From: Antedon mediterranea | Lineage: Eukaryota; Animalia; Echinodermata | Assembly (NCBI RefSeq): GCF_964355755.1 | Contig: NC_092670.1 | Coordinates: 9,848,201 to 9,912,200 of the forward strand | DNA length: 64,000 nucleotides | Direction of reading: 5' to 3' | Shown here: in pieces, positions 13,388 to 27,500 of the stretch | Layout: the number at the start of each line of letters is the position of its first letter | Position numbering within the stretch: position 1 is the stretch's first letter | Notes under the pieces: generated by a model | What the model saw: only the letters and a program-made list of their open reading frames with translations | What the model was told of the DNA's origin: nothing | The model's database searches: none | Made by a program: the position numbers and the translations under genes

Positions 13388-13738
13388 AGGAGAGCTCCTG
13401 TATGAATGGGATGGTGAAATGCCTCTGAATTACGGCACTGAGGAGAGCTCCTGTATGAATGGGATGGTGAAATGCCTCTGAATTACGGCACTGAGGAGAG
13501 CTCCTGTATGAATGGGATGGTGAAATGCCTCTGAATTACGGCACTGAGGAGAGCTCCTGTATGAATGGGATGGTGAAATGCCTCTGAATTACGGCACTGA
13601 GGAGAGCCCCTGTATGAATGGGATGGTGAAATGCCTCTGAATTACGGCACTGAGGAGAGCTCCTGTATGAATGGGATGGTGAAATGCCTCTGAATTACGG
13701 CACTGAGGAGAGCTCCTGTATGAATGGGATGGTGAAAT
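13365..13738. repeat. 53-bp minisatellite, 7 copies
   Basis: Unit AATGCCTCTGAATTACGGCACTGAGGAGAGCTCCTGTATGAATGGGATGGTGA starts at 13365, 13418 ... 13683; only one substitution seen (~13608). Confidence 0.97.
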
Positions 13739-16356
13739 ATGAGAGGAAACAAACTGTCAACCCATTTTCCTTCCCATTGTTATATGAAAACCTCTCTTGT
13801 TTTGCACATAAGATAGCATTTCAACATTATGACACCCTCATCTATGGGACAACCATTCATTTGATGATTTGATTACAATTAAGTGACTTTTTGTCATCTA
13901 TGCTACTCTGTATACAAAACAAAACCAAAATGTATCCGTAACTGAAATGAAAACAGGTTTTTTTAATGTGAACTTAAACATATGTCTATTTAAACCTTTT
14001 TGTGAGTAGAAATAATATCTTCAAATTTCGTAACAGCACCATTAAAGATTGGGTAAAACGTAGATTTTATACTATAAATATTATCAAATCTCGCAATTTA
14101 AAATCTTTGCACCTATGTTCTATACTAATTATATTTGCTGTCGTATAATGCACTTTGTGGGCAGTATACTGATTCATGTTCTGATTTTGCACTTTCAAAA
14201 CATGGTTAAACAATTTACAATTTATGCATTTACATATAATCAACATTGTATCATGTGACATGTACAGGGACCCTTTCATGTACTAACATTTATATTTGAA
14301 GATGACTGTAAGGCACTAACACTATTAAATAGGTCATATTATATTAGTGCCTCTACTGAATTTTCTAAGAGCACTAATACTTTTTTATGCATATTACACC
14401 TTAACTTATATAGGCCTCCAATTAAAGACCGATTCTGGTTCTCGCTCTGGTTTCACATCTTTATTGTTTAGACATTCACATATTGTAATGGAGCTAGTCT
14501 GGTAGTTAACTTGCTTGCTTTCCACTCCCAGTGTCTAATCCTAACCTAGTTTCAGGGTTGTAACTAAGAACAACTCTTTCAACTCCACTACATAAGCCTC
14601 AAATGAGACTTTGTTTATAAGCATGATAAATTATAAAATAGTCCATCCAATAACTGTCAAGTTTCTTACTGTTGAATGCATATGAGAAAAAACAAATATA
14701 TACCTATCTAAAAACAATCATTTAATCATTCTCTAAGAGTATTAAATCATGCAATAATGTCCTTAAAACAGAGCATAGTTGATATTAAATTTTGATTTAA
14801 AAAATCAGTAACATAATTCCTAAAACTTTGGTTTTAAAAGGTTTTCTATTTACATTTTATATTAATTTAATTTTTAATCAATTTGCTGCCAATGACTTGC
14901 CCTGCATAAATTAATTGGATTTTGGTTAAACTCAAGTTATGTAATATCTCTATGTTATTGTTAAACCTTTTTTTTATCCGCTAACAAACCTCCCACAATG
15001 TAGCATTTTTTATTATTTTTGGAGTTTTACAAAATTCAAATTCAATTAAAAAATACATAAAATTGAGATTTGACCAACAAAAATAACCTTTTGCAATTTT
15101 TTTCGTCTAAAGTTTGGTCCCCACATAGATAAGGCGCATGAGCAATGCAAATGAGTTTACCAATCACAAGTGACAGTTCAGATGATGATCCATCAATTGC
15201 GATTGGTCAAATAACACTTATGCTTATATGCCTGCGTTGCGTCCAAATGGGAACCTATTTACGTAATGTATGATATAGACATTACAGTCTCTATGCAAAA
15301 AATTACTTTAGTCATGAAAATCACAAACTATTCTTATTCTTTTTTTTTTAATCTGTACCCGCTTAGTTAGCGTTTGTTTATATATTGAATCAATTAATTC
15401 ATTAATAACACATTTCTTTTCTCCTTATTGCATAACAATTAATTTAGTATAATTTTTGTTTTTTGTTACAATTAAGATTAAATTTAAAGCAGATTTTTTA
15501 TTCTTCCAGATTAGCACATTATTGTGCAAAACAAACAAACAAAAATATCTTTTTATGTGCTTAAATTTAATGCTTTTATGTAAATCAGGCTGATCAATTG
15601 GTATGTAATTAAAAACAATATAACCAACTGTATGTAAATCAAAGTTAAATATTTGCATGACACCTGTATGCAAATGAGCTAAATTGTAAATGTAGATTAT
15701 GTAAGTTATCATTACATGTTTATCAGGGCAGGTCATTATCGCCTGTATGTAAATATTGGCATTTTGTGCATCAATCAAGTTTTATGCAAAATTACACAAT
15801 AATCTGTTTGTTCATAAATTTATGTGTACAAAAATAATATTATACAGAATATATGGCACTATTTTTGGCCTGTGTTGGCATTTACTGGAGTATTTTCCAG
15901 GCTTAACACCCCTCTGCCCTTTTCTTATTCGGCTACTGTAGTCAGCTATTGTTGCGTTCTCAGCTGCAGAACTGTGGTCTTTAATTGGAGGTTTTTTTAA
16001 ATTAAATTGAGTATGTCAGAGCAAAGATATGCTTACAGAAAGACAGAGTTTAAAATGGTCTCTCTCCAACGTGATTTACTAAAATATTTGATACTATACA
16101 TTAGCTTTCCTTACTGTTTGTTTATATCTATTAATACTTATCAGGTTTTTGAAATTGATCAGGATGTGGCTGTGTGCTTATATAAACCCTGTTTCACACT
16201 TAAGTACTTTCAGTGGATTGAGCTAAGCTTGGTTTCACACTAAAGTTGGGTACATAATTCTGTGCTTATATTAAAAGCATACTGTTTGAACAATAAAGTT
16301 GGGTGTACAAAAATCTGATATTTTATTATTTTAAGAATATTCATGATAATTATATA

Positions 16357-16524
16357 TAGTAGAACCCCTTCTTTGGGACACCCCTCTTCCCCCCCCCCCC
16401 CACACACACACATTCAGGTGACACACTGGGGACACATTGCTGTGTGACAAATGAGGGAAGATTTTACACTGCCCAGACACTTTATTGAGTCCTAAAGAAT
16501 GTCCCCCTAATATGAGTTCTACTG
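16357..16524. mobile_element. Tc1/pogo-like MITE (CAGTAGAAC...GTTCTACTG type); degenerate relatives at ~4252-4370, ~6980-7085 and ~18100-18858
   Basis: Termini TAGTAGAAC/GTTCTACTG with repeated GGGACAC/GTGTCCC subterminal motifs. Confidence 0.55.
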
Positions 16525-17960
16525 TCGTCATGTGACATCAATTATTGTTTTTAATATATAAAATATTTAATAATTAAAGTTTAATGAACTTAAATATATT
16601 CATTTTTTTGCAGTTGGCTAACAAAACTGTATTCAGATAAATATAAATTTAAGATAAATATAATATAATATATATTTAATAATACTAAAACTTAAATTAT
16701 TTGTGTACAATATACAGTATATTATAATTATTTTACCATCCTGGACTTAAATCCAGTGTATCCAGCTTTTAATACCAAATTTGTTTATAAATACCATATA
16801 TATTATATTTATAACATTTGATTAATATCTTGTTAATTCAAATTGTTCACTTAACTTCCTCAAATTATTTAATTAACCTGAGCTGCATTACTTTTTTACT
16901 TTTTTAATCATATTTTTAATAATTATATATTAAGCTTATGCTGTTGAAGAGGCAATTATATGGATTGAACTAATCATATATTCTACTTAACATAATATTA
17001 AGGGTATATCGTGTTAATAACTAAGGGCCTGTTTCTAATTTAAATGAAAGAACAAACATACCTTATTTTGCCTTTAGAAATTGTCACAAGCCAGCCCCCC
17101 CCCCCCCCTCCCCCTCAACTTAAAAAAAAACCCCAATTATCAAACCCATTATCCCACGTAAGGTCACTAAAAGAGGCCAACAAAATGATAAACTTATTTC
17201 ATTTTTAATAATGACATGTTTCGAGCAAGAAACACGCCCTATAACAGGTAATTCCTCACCAGCAAGATATATAAATGAATATGAACTAAAATGTGTTATG
17301 ATTATAGGCCAGTTGTTTTAAAAATATGTCATTTTTAGTCAGCCGATTCTCTGTTTTGTATCTAAATTTGTCTGGTATCTGGCACATTCACATACAGAAT
17401 CTCATGTAATTCACACCAGCTGTATCATAGAACCTAACTTTTAACTTAATCTGGATACAGGCACCACATGTGACATGCATAATATGCTGTATTATGGAAT
17501 TCGCCTATGATACTGGATAAATTATTGTGTGTGGAGATACAAAACTGAGAATCTGGTGATTTGTTTAAATAGTATTATTGTGTCTATATTTCAAATTTAA
17601 ATTTTTACAAAACTGGTACAGTATATCAAAAATTCTATTCTCCTTCATTCACTCATACAGTACATACTTTGTATACCTTAATATCACACAACAGCTAAAC
17701 AGATTCCAATCAGGTTCAGTAAATTATGTATATCCTCAATTATAATTTAAGTATCGCTGAGCGGTTTAGATTTTCCCCCTTTTCCACTAAAATTTAACTG
17801 CGAGACAAAATCTGCAACAGTCTCTGAATATCAATAACATAAATAATATTATTCTAAATTCCATTTTGAACATTAAAAACATCAGGTGGGTTTTATATTG
17901 TTTCTATATAATTAAGAATCATGTTTTTTTAAGTTTCATACTTATTTTTATTTTCATTTG

Positions 17961-17999
<39 letters not shown>

Positions 18000-18201
18000 T
18001 AACTGTGTTATTGGGCAGTTTGTTTGTTTGCTTTGTCAGGCTTTATTTACTCTGTTTAGTTATGTGTGATGCAGGTTAATCCCTCCCCCCCCCCCCTTTA
18101 TAGGGGACACTTTCTTGGAGGAATACAATGGAGAAATATATATTCCTTAATGCCATAGCCAACCTCTGTTAGTGAGACATCCACATTACAGGCATGCTTA
18201 A

Positions 18202-18827
18202 AGCCCCATTCCCTACGTTTTTTAGATCTAATTTAAGATCACAAACTATATTTAATGTAAAAATAATACTATATGGTCCTATTGCGATAACTTTTTTCGT
18301 CTTTAAACGGTTAAAAATGTGAAAAATAAATTGATTCTAATAATTATAGCGGCCCGCTATAAATCCCAAAATGCATTGCGCGCGGATTGATATTTTTGTT
18401 TTTCACCTGTAATTCGCCCACTTTTCGATCGATCGTGAAGCCAAAACAAATGGAAGACTCCTAACTTTTCAGCGAAAATACCGGGTTTTCCCCAATTTTT
18501 ATCAACGGAGTCTGGCAAAAATAGAAAGACAATTAATGCAGCAACTATACAACGTCAGGCTAGGTATATAGCTAGCGTACGATGTTCGTACGTTATCGAT
18601 GTTTACCAGCTAGGCCTACAAAACTAAGCCTAGCTAGGCTAGGCCTAAGACCGTCCACGATAGGTCGATCGCCGCGAGCTACTTAGGTAGTGCATTGTTT
18701 CTCACTTTTTATCATAATTTACCATAAAACGTACATTTAAGACAAGGAATGACATGGTTTAATGTTTTTAAAGTGATATATATGTATTATTTTCCAAAAA
18801 ACGTCCAAAATTGCAGGGAAGGGGTCT
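18202..18827. mobile_element. Kolobok-like MITE nested in a Tc1/pogo-like MITE
   Basis: TTAA TSD at 18198-18201 and 18828-18831; imperfect TIR AGCCCCATTCCCTAC ... GCAGGGAAGGGGTCT; host sequence resumes and ends GAGGTTCCACTG-TA at ~18858. Confidence 0.7.
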
Positions 18828-20450
18828 TTAAATATGTCCTCTTAGAGGTTCCACTGTAACCTAGTTTGTAATGTAGGTTTATTATTTATTGAGTCAAAAT
18901 TTGTTATAGGTTTATATCATTTCTAAGTTAATATTTTAGTTTTACACCTCATGGTATTAAGTTTTTTAGATTTCAGTATTATGGAGGAATGATGTACGTA
19001 AACTGCTTTGCTTTTCAAATTAAGAAAAAAACAATAATTTCATTAAAATTGTTGTATATGTTCATGAATCTAATTACATGAATAGTAAGTTATTTTTTTA
19101 ACACTTTTAACTAAATATGCTCTTGATAAAAGTAACTTATTACTGCAATGCCATACTGAAGCTGTGTTTAAAGTCCACTTAAATTGTTCATGGACATTTT
19201 TTAAGCAGGGTGGGTCGACTTGAGTCTGCATTGCGGCCAAAATCTCCCAAACTTTACTTGCATTTAGGACTTAAAAGGGTTAAAACATAGTGATCATGAA
19301 AACAGATTTTATTTGAGATTTAAATATTTGATATAATTGTACTCAAAACAGCTATGAAAATATCCTAACTAAAGGCCTAAACAAATTTTGTTTGCTATCA
19401 AGTTTCGAATTTTTAATTAGTTATTGAATGAAAGATGAATTTATAAGGTGGTTGAGTGCACGATGGATTGTAACTCTACTCTAAAATTTACATTTCCCTT
19501 TCTACACAGAATCTGTATATCTTTAGAATGGTAGATGTCGCCTTCTATTGTAGAGTTTGATTAGACTCCAAAGCAGACTACATCTATATACTTACATCAT
19601 TCCTCTTGTATGTGATAACAAAGCATGATGGGAATTGTCATATTCTCTTTAAAGTAAACCAAAGTTTTAATTATGAGTGCAATGTACATATACAATTAAC
19701 AATGCTTTTTAATTGTTTAATTAAGTTTTAGTTAAAGACCAAGTCGGGCTAGATCGTAGTGACTATTGTTTTTATTCAGTTTTTATTGTTTGCCTCTGTG
19801 AAGGTGATGATCATGATGTTAATTAATAGTTGAATTAATTGCAGTTCTTTCATTGTCAATGTATATAAGTATAAATGGCCATTTTTCCTGTATTCATTGT
19901 TCATATTCACTGTAAATAAAGCAAATTTTTACCAATATAACAAATGTGTTGTTTTTGATTTTTGACCATTTTCTGCACTTACTAAACCAGAGAGTTGTAA
20001 AATGTTACATCCTGTTTGAACATTGTGCTGATATTTATCTCTTTTTGCTTAAGTTAAAAAAATTTATTAAGGAGTGCTTAAGTTAAAAAAAATTAACATT
20101 ATTTCAAACTGATTATTTTTATGTTTGCCATTTTGTGCACTTTATACTAAAACAATCCTGTTTGAATATTGGGCTGACATTTATCTCTCTTTTTGCTTAA
20201 GTGAAAAAAAAAATGCAGTGCTTGTGAAAAATTAATCTTATTCATAATGATTTTAGTTCAGTCCAAACAAATGTTTTCAGCACCAGGCACTTATTCAAGC
20301 AGGTACTATGTTAATTAATTTAACATTTACACAAAAATAACCCCAATTTTTTAATCTTAAATTATAATTTTAACAAATTTTTTTCTAGCAACTAACTTTG
20401 CAGGTTTGCACGTTTCTGAATAGAAACTTAAAACACACCTACATCCTTAT

Positions 20451-23400
20451 TACTCTAGTAGCTAGATCAACTTTCGTATGCACTTTGAGGTCCAGAGAAT
20501 TTGACTTCAGAAATTGGTTTAGGGTGGTCAAACAATCATTTTTGGCTTGGTTACACATTTTGAAAATGTGGCGAAAGGTCAAAAGGTCAGGGTCAAAGGT
20601 TATAAAATCAAACACCATTATGTCCTTAAATCTCGACAACCACTGGTCACAGCGAGGTAATTTTGGTCTTAAATTAATCAGAAGGTATACATTTATATTC
20701 AGTCTAATGAAACATTTTAGTCGAAAATGACCGGAAATGCCATTTCTGACCTTTGACCCATAAACCAGGGCATGTCTGTATCTCCGTAACTATTGGCCGT
20801 AGTGACTTGAATTTGGGCTCAAATTGTTCGAAATATACATTTAGTTATTTGTTACACATTTTGAACAATGTTACAAAAGGTCAAAAGGTCAAGGCCAGGG
20901 GTTATATGAATAAACACAAATAGGTATTTGTATCTCGGCAACCACTGGTCACAGCGAGTAAATTTTGGTCTCAAAATGTTCAGAAGGTATACATTCATAT
21001 TCAGTCTAATGAAACATTTTAGTAAAAAATGACCGGAAATGACATTTCTGACCTTTGACATACATACCAGGCCATCTTCTTATCTCTGTAAGTACAGGTC
21101 GTAGAAACTTAAATTTAGTATCAAATTGTTAGAAATACACATATTTACATTCATTCTAACAGAAAATTTGGATAAAAGATGATCAGAAATACTATTAATT
21201 ACTAATCTTTTAAATGAAAAACATATCTACCCAACTTATCATTAGACAGTAATGTTATGCAATAATTGATGCTTAATGATTTCATTATACTGTAGGAATT
21301 AAAACAAATCCTTTACTGTTTGTAATAATTGTACTTTTGCTTATAATAATGCTAGAAAGTATTGTTGACCCCCGAACGTTCAAACATTTTGAGAATGCTA
21401 GAAGTAATTTACTGTAGTTACCCGAATAAAATCCTCGGGCATTTATTTATTCAGGGAAGGTGTTTATTTTGTTGGGTGTAATAATGGTAACATGTATAAT
21501 CAAATAAATACACCCCAGATATATACTGTATATAAAAAAAAATATATATATAATAAGAATAATAACGGGATTAAACCTCATTCTATCCCGGTGGAAGTAC
21601 AATCATGTAAAAAAGGTATCGGAGACCACAATAATAAACCAAGTCATTGTCATTGTTACGTAACACTGTTGCATAATAGTTTTGAATGTCAACGACAAAA
21701 CTTATACATATACACGTCTGTCCCCAGTGTAGATAATAAAACAATATATATTTCTGGAGATTTATTATCAATACCACTAGAAACTTTGACATGTTTTAGG
21801 TACTGAATGCATTGACAATAAAAGCATCAGAAGTTTTTTTTATCATGATAAAATCATACTACAACACTGTACTACAGTACACAAGGGTGTTTTCAGGAAA
21901 GCTGGACATATTGTACAATAGTAATGAAACTATGTATTGGCATTTGAAACTATGCAAAAGATTGTTGTCAAATTGTAGTTACAAACAAATAGATGATAGA
22001 ATGAAGATCCATTATGAGTGCAATCGTGTCAGGATAATGATGTGTCATTGTTTTATATCATTATACTGGCACCTGGAGGAGAAGATCCATTTAATGGAAT
22101 CTATCACCTTTATTTTAAAAGACAGAAACATTTCGTTAAAAAGCATAAAGAGGAAAACAAATCATGTAAAGTACCTTTTATCAGTTGAGAAACGAAATAC
22201 AATTATTAAAATTAGAGTATTCCTTCAAATAAACGCCACCATTCCCTCCAATAGAACACCATGTGGAATAAACGCCCCGCCACATGCATTTACAGAATAA
22301 TTGTATCACGTCAACACATTTCATTAACTACCATAATCTACAATTTACCAAGCATTTTGACATAATTTTATCACTTTTTGATATTAATTGTGCAGTATTT
22401 TTTTTACATCTAGGTGGTATTTATTTGATTATACATGTTACCATATTATACCCCAAATAAAGATGCCTCCTTTCCCCCTAAAAACCCTTTTGAACAATAA
22501 ATGCCTGGGGCGTTTAATCGGATACATATGGCAAGTTACTTCTAGCATTCTGAAAAGAACTGTTGAGCTTAACGTTTCTATCAAAATGTCCTCGGGGACA
22601 GCAATAACTAGTACTTGAAATTAAAACAATTTAAAGTATCAGTTATATTGCATAACATTACTGTCTAAGGATAAGTTGTGTAGATATGTTTTTTGTTTGA
22701 AACATTAGTAATAGTATTTCTGTTCATCTTTTAACCACATTTTCTATTACAATGAATGTAAATATGTATATTTCGAACAATTTGATACCAAATTTAAGTT
22801 TCTACGACCTGTACTTACAGAGATATGAAGATGCCCTGGTATGTGGGTCAAAGGTCATAAATGGCATTTCTGATCATTTTTGACTAAAATGCCCCATTAG
22901 ATGGAATATAAATGCATGCCTTTTGAACATTTTGAGACCAAAATTGACTTGCTGCGACCAGTGGTTGCCGAGATACAAGTACCTTTTTTTATTTGTTCAA
23001 ATAACCCTTGACCTTGACCCTTTGACCCTTTGTAACATTTTTCAAAATGTGTAACAAATAACAAAACATATATTTCGAACAATTTAAAAGCAAATTCAAG
23101 TGTCTATGACCAGTAGTTACGGAGATACATACATGCCCTGGGTTGTGGGTCAAAGGTTATAAATGGCATTTTCGGTCATTTTTTACTAAAATGTGCCATT
23201 AGACTGAATATAAATGTATACCTTCTGATTAATTTAAGACCAAAATTACCTCGTTGTGACCAGTGGTTGTTGAGATTTAAGGACATATTCATGTTTGGTC
23301 TTATGACCTTTCACCTTGACCTTTTGACCTTTCGCCACATTTTCAAAATGTGTAACCAAGCCAAATATGATTGTTTGACCACCCTAAACCAATTTCTGAA

Positions 23401-23455
23401 GTCAAATTCTCTGGACCTCAAAGTGCATACGAAAGTTGATCTAGCCACTAGAGTA
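20451..23455. mobile_element. ~3-kb foldback-type DNA element with ~1.1-kb inverted arms
   Basis: 20451-~21535 is the reverse complement of ~22385-23455; termini TACTCTAGTAGCTAGATC / GATCTAGCCACTAGAGTA; TAT on both flanks (or TA TSD); ~302-bp internal subrepeats in each arm. Confidence 0.9.
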
Positions 23456-24589
23456 TATCATTTAATTTGATAATTTCTTATATATTGGTTATTTTTTAAA
23501 TTATAAGGTATAGGTTTTTAACAACCAGCTTGAAAAAGAAAAGATTTTTGTGTCATGCGATAAGCCAAAAACCAACTTGTACCATGCCAATCTATATTGC
23601 TTTGCTCCTCGGCTAAAATCTGAGCGCCACCATTTTCCTGTGTAGCCTAGTCTTTGACAAGATGAAACTGATCATTATGATTATGATGCATATATTATAT
23701 ATTCGTTGCATGGATAGAGTATTTTCATTGACTTTTCTATTCAATAATATTTCAACTCCTGAAAATATTCTCTCAAATACTGCAAAACTTTTCACATGCA
23801 CTTCTGGCTTTTGTGTTGAAAGTTCTTGTACCACATTTTTTTTACTCAATTTAGAGAAAATAATTCAACAGAAATAAGTTATTGAAATGTTCTTAATATA
23901 TATTTATTCACTCTTGTGGTAAGTATACAATAGCCATACAGGTATTTTTTAAGCACTTAATTTGTTTTGTACATAAATATTAATAAATAGAAAAGAAAAG
24001 GCCAAGTTTCTTAAGATGAACAAACGTTTTTTAGTCTCGATTACTTAACATTCTCATGGGATCCAAAAAGTCCAATACTAAAAAGTTCAACTATATTTGC
24101 AAGCTAAATGTTGTATTCGATTGGGAACTTTGTAGTCAACATAAATATTGGAATAAAAAATTGTAAACTGATTTTGCTAGTCAGAAATTCATTTGAAAAA
24201 TAGAAAACGTTGCACATAAGCTTTTTTGTTGAGAAAAATCGCAACACTCAAAAAGTATTTAACTGAAAAACTATACTCAATGGTAATGTCCTAATCGAAT
24301 GCTTGGTGATAACACAGTATCTGTCTGTTCTTTGATTCCTCCACAACTTACACTTATGAACTGTGAGTTTTATTTGAAAATATAGATTTTTATAAAAAAG
24401 GAAAAACTGGATTGTGTTAAATGTTACCTGGTATTAGGGACGATCTAAGAAAAAAAAACCTTAATGATGATTATAAGATTTTTGAAATCCTTAAATGATT
24501 TGTTGCACTTTCTTTTTTATAGCTTTTACAAGAAAAGTATGAATGTTAATTTATTTATTTCAAAATATTTTTTCGTCTTCTAAATCTTC

Positions 24590-27500
24590 TTAGTCACTGT
24601 CACTACTTGACTCACTCAATTGCAAATCTTCACCTGTAAAAAAGATTTAAGGAAATTTTATTTAAAAAAAAGATGGTTTTGACAATTTTTTTTTTATTTC
24701 ATCGAGGAAATTGTTGGATAGAGAAGATGGAGCACTGCACATTTAAAACAGGGTAAGTCAGTTTATTGTGTAAAAATAAGGATGTAGTGTGTTGGACTAC
24801 GGATTGTAGGTTAGAATTCAACGTTCGTCGCACTGCTTGTATACTTAGGCAAAGACATTTTATTTGCATTTGCCTCTCTCCACCCAGGTGTACAAATGGT
24901 AAGGTTAAGACAACTTCGCGCATGTTTGATCTAAAAATTACCGGGGTAATAAAATGTACAGCGCTCAGAGGTTTCACAACATTAGGCGCTTTATAAATCT
25001 AGGATGTTAACATTATTATTCTTTCTCGCCCCATCAATTTATGCTTTTTTTTTTTGGCAGCTGTTGGCACGGATGTAAAGACATTGAATGCAATAGATTG
25101 GACAGTGGATAATAATGAGAAATTGAACGCTAAATTTAAGAATGGTATAACACTCAATATGGTATTTGCTTAGCTTATACAGTACGAGTAAAAAGAAGTG
25201 TCATCATACATAGTAAGTTCATCATGAAGTTATTTGGTGGGCTGCTTGAATGTTTATTTTCTGCAGAACCTATGGAGAAATAAAACAATACACACATAAA
25301 AATAGTTTAATAATATAAAAAGTATGTATCATCTATTCAATTGGAAGATGGAATAAACCTCTGTCTACACTATCAAGCTATATGTGATGTGCCCATATAA
25401 AACGGCGATGGACACCGTGATGTCATATTACAGTACTACCACTAACACTTCTGATAGTGTAGACAGATCTTTAAAGTTTAAAATCTGAATTACTGAGCAA
25501 AATATGGAAAGTGTTGAGATAGGCAAATGATCATAATTGCTATTTGATTCGTCTTGTTGTTATAACAAACCAAAATACCGGTAAACCAAAACTTTACCTC
25601 TTGAGTTGTCATTTGATAGTTTTTGTTTCTTTGCAACTGGTGGTCTTGCATCTCTTGGTGGAGGTGCAACCGGTGCTCTTGTATCTCTTGGTGGAGGAGG
25701 TGGTGCTCTTTTTTGTACGTTTCTTTCATCTTCAGATTCGCTGCTGCTATCAGATGACTCTGCACTGCTCGAACCACTGCTTGCGGTGGATTCGGCAGGT
25801 TCTTGTTTAACAGGTGAACATCTAGCTAAGGCTGCTTCTACTTCTATTAAATTAAAATATAAACTAAATAACATATTGTAGTATAATTTAAAAAAATCAC
25901 TGATTTTCCAAGACAAATATGCCTTTATATTTGCTGTAATAATTGCCACCATAGTGATGAGTGTTGTTGATGTCAGCAAAAACTGAAAATTCTACTTCCT
26001 ATCCTTCTAAAGGATGTTCAGGAACATGCATGTAGGTGACAGAATAATGTAACATATGAAGCATGTATATATTTCTTTGTTCATGTCTATGGCACTTTTA
26101 AGCACCTTGCATCTAAAAAACAGATTTGAAAGGTTTAAAATAAAGAATACAAGAATAGGCAGTGGATTCTGAAGTCAAGCAGTCAATGACATGTATCCTC
26201 AGTTCTTGTTGAAAACAACCATACAGGTCAGTTTTTTTATTTAATACTATTTGAATATATTTTTAATCTTAATTATTTATTTGTATTGGTACATGTTTAA
26301 AATTAGTTTTTAGTTTTATTTTACTAGATATTTCACTACCAAAATAAATAAAATTGACCTTTAATTGTCTAGAATCCAAGAGAGTTGCAACGAAATGCTG
26401 ATGGGTAGAAGGCCTTAAATCAAGTTTAAATTGGTTAGAGAAAACAAGGTCATTTCAATGAATTGGGTGACCTGTAACCTTTAATGTCAATATTACGCAT
26501 ACAGTATATACTGACCTTTTTCAATATCTTCCTTTGATATTTGTTGACTTGTAACTTCTTTTTTATCTTTCTTTTTGAAAGATGACTTTGTTGACCCAAC
26601 AGGAGGAACCCGTTGCCGTGGATACAGGTGGGCTTTACTTGTTCCATCAATCCTATTGGAAGAATTTTGCAAATTTTTAAGGAGAAATATATATTTAAGA
26701 TGGATTGAGGTCTCAATCACAATCTCAGTTTGACCTCACTATCTCAGAAGGTCATTGGATCACACAAATATTTTACTAACTCTCTGTGGATAATAGGGAG
26801 CTTTTGATTTTAGACGCCTGATGACCTAGTAAGGTCATGTCAATTATGTTTGTTGGTCGTTGCCTGAACCTAGAAACCACAAAAACTGTGTTGATGTCCC
26901 GGGGGGGTCACTCTTAAATATTTCCATACGGGGAGGTGCCGCATTTACGGGTATATTTTCGAGGGCCTGGTAGCACAAGTGTGGGAAAATATGAAGAGTT
27001 GGTTGCACAAGTGTGGGAAATGACAGGGTGAAATTAGTAGTTTAAGTCCCTAGCCCGCCCACCCGTGTCAAAATGTCACGATTTATCGCCAAATTTTTCA
27101 GGTATTTTAGCATACTGGATGCTATAAGCCCATCGCGGGGCCTATCGCTAAATACCTTTGAATAGGCCTAGAGTTTTCGCATCAGCAGAAGAACACGAAA
27201 CATCCAGCCTAGGACAAAATCATTCAACTGTGACCACTCTTGATCATCGTCTCTCGTCATGCACCTCCCCCCCCCCCCCCCCGGATGCGCGATAAACTTT
27301 CAAAACACATTCGTGATTTTTCCATGAACGGTCTCTTCGGCCATGCGCAGATCATGCTGGGAACCAGTACAAATTTATTTTGCGCCCTCTCTGGCGTGGC
27401 CTTGTTTCTACCGTCTTTTTAGAGAACACTGGATTTTGGTAAATGGTAGTTCAAGTCCGTAGTATTTTTCAGTAAAACAGGTAGCGCAAGAGTGCCTCAT

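Noticed and set aside
13365-13738. CRISPR-like array
   Set aside because: Units are head-to-tail identical with no unique spacers, there are no cas genes, and the context is eukaryotic.
20398-23470. Mirror-image ORFs at 20439-20639 and 23267-23470 as duplicated genes
   Set aside because: They arise from the inverted arms of the foldback element and have no splice or domain support.
25490-25881. Several overlapping ORFs around 25.5-25.9 kb
   Set aside because: Shadow or antisense frames of EAF exon 5; only the 25843-25598 segment is supported.
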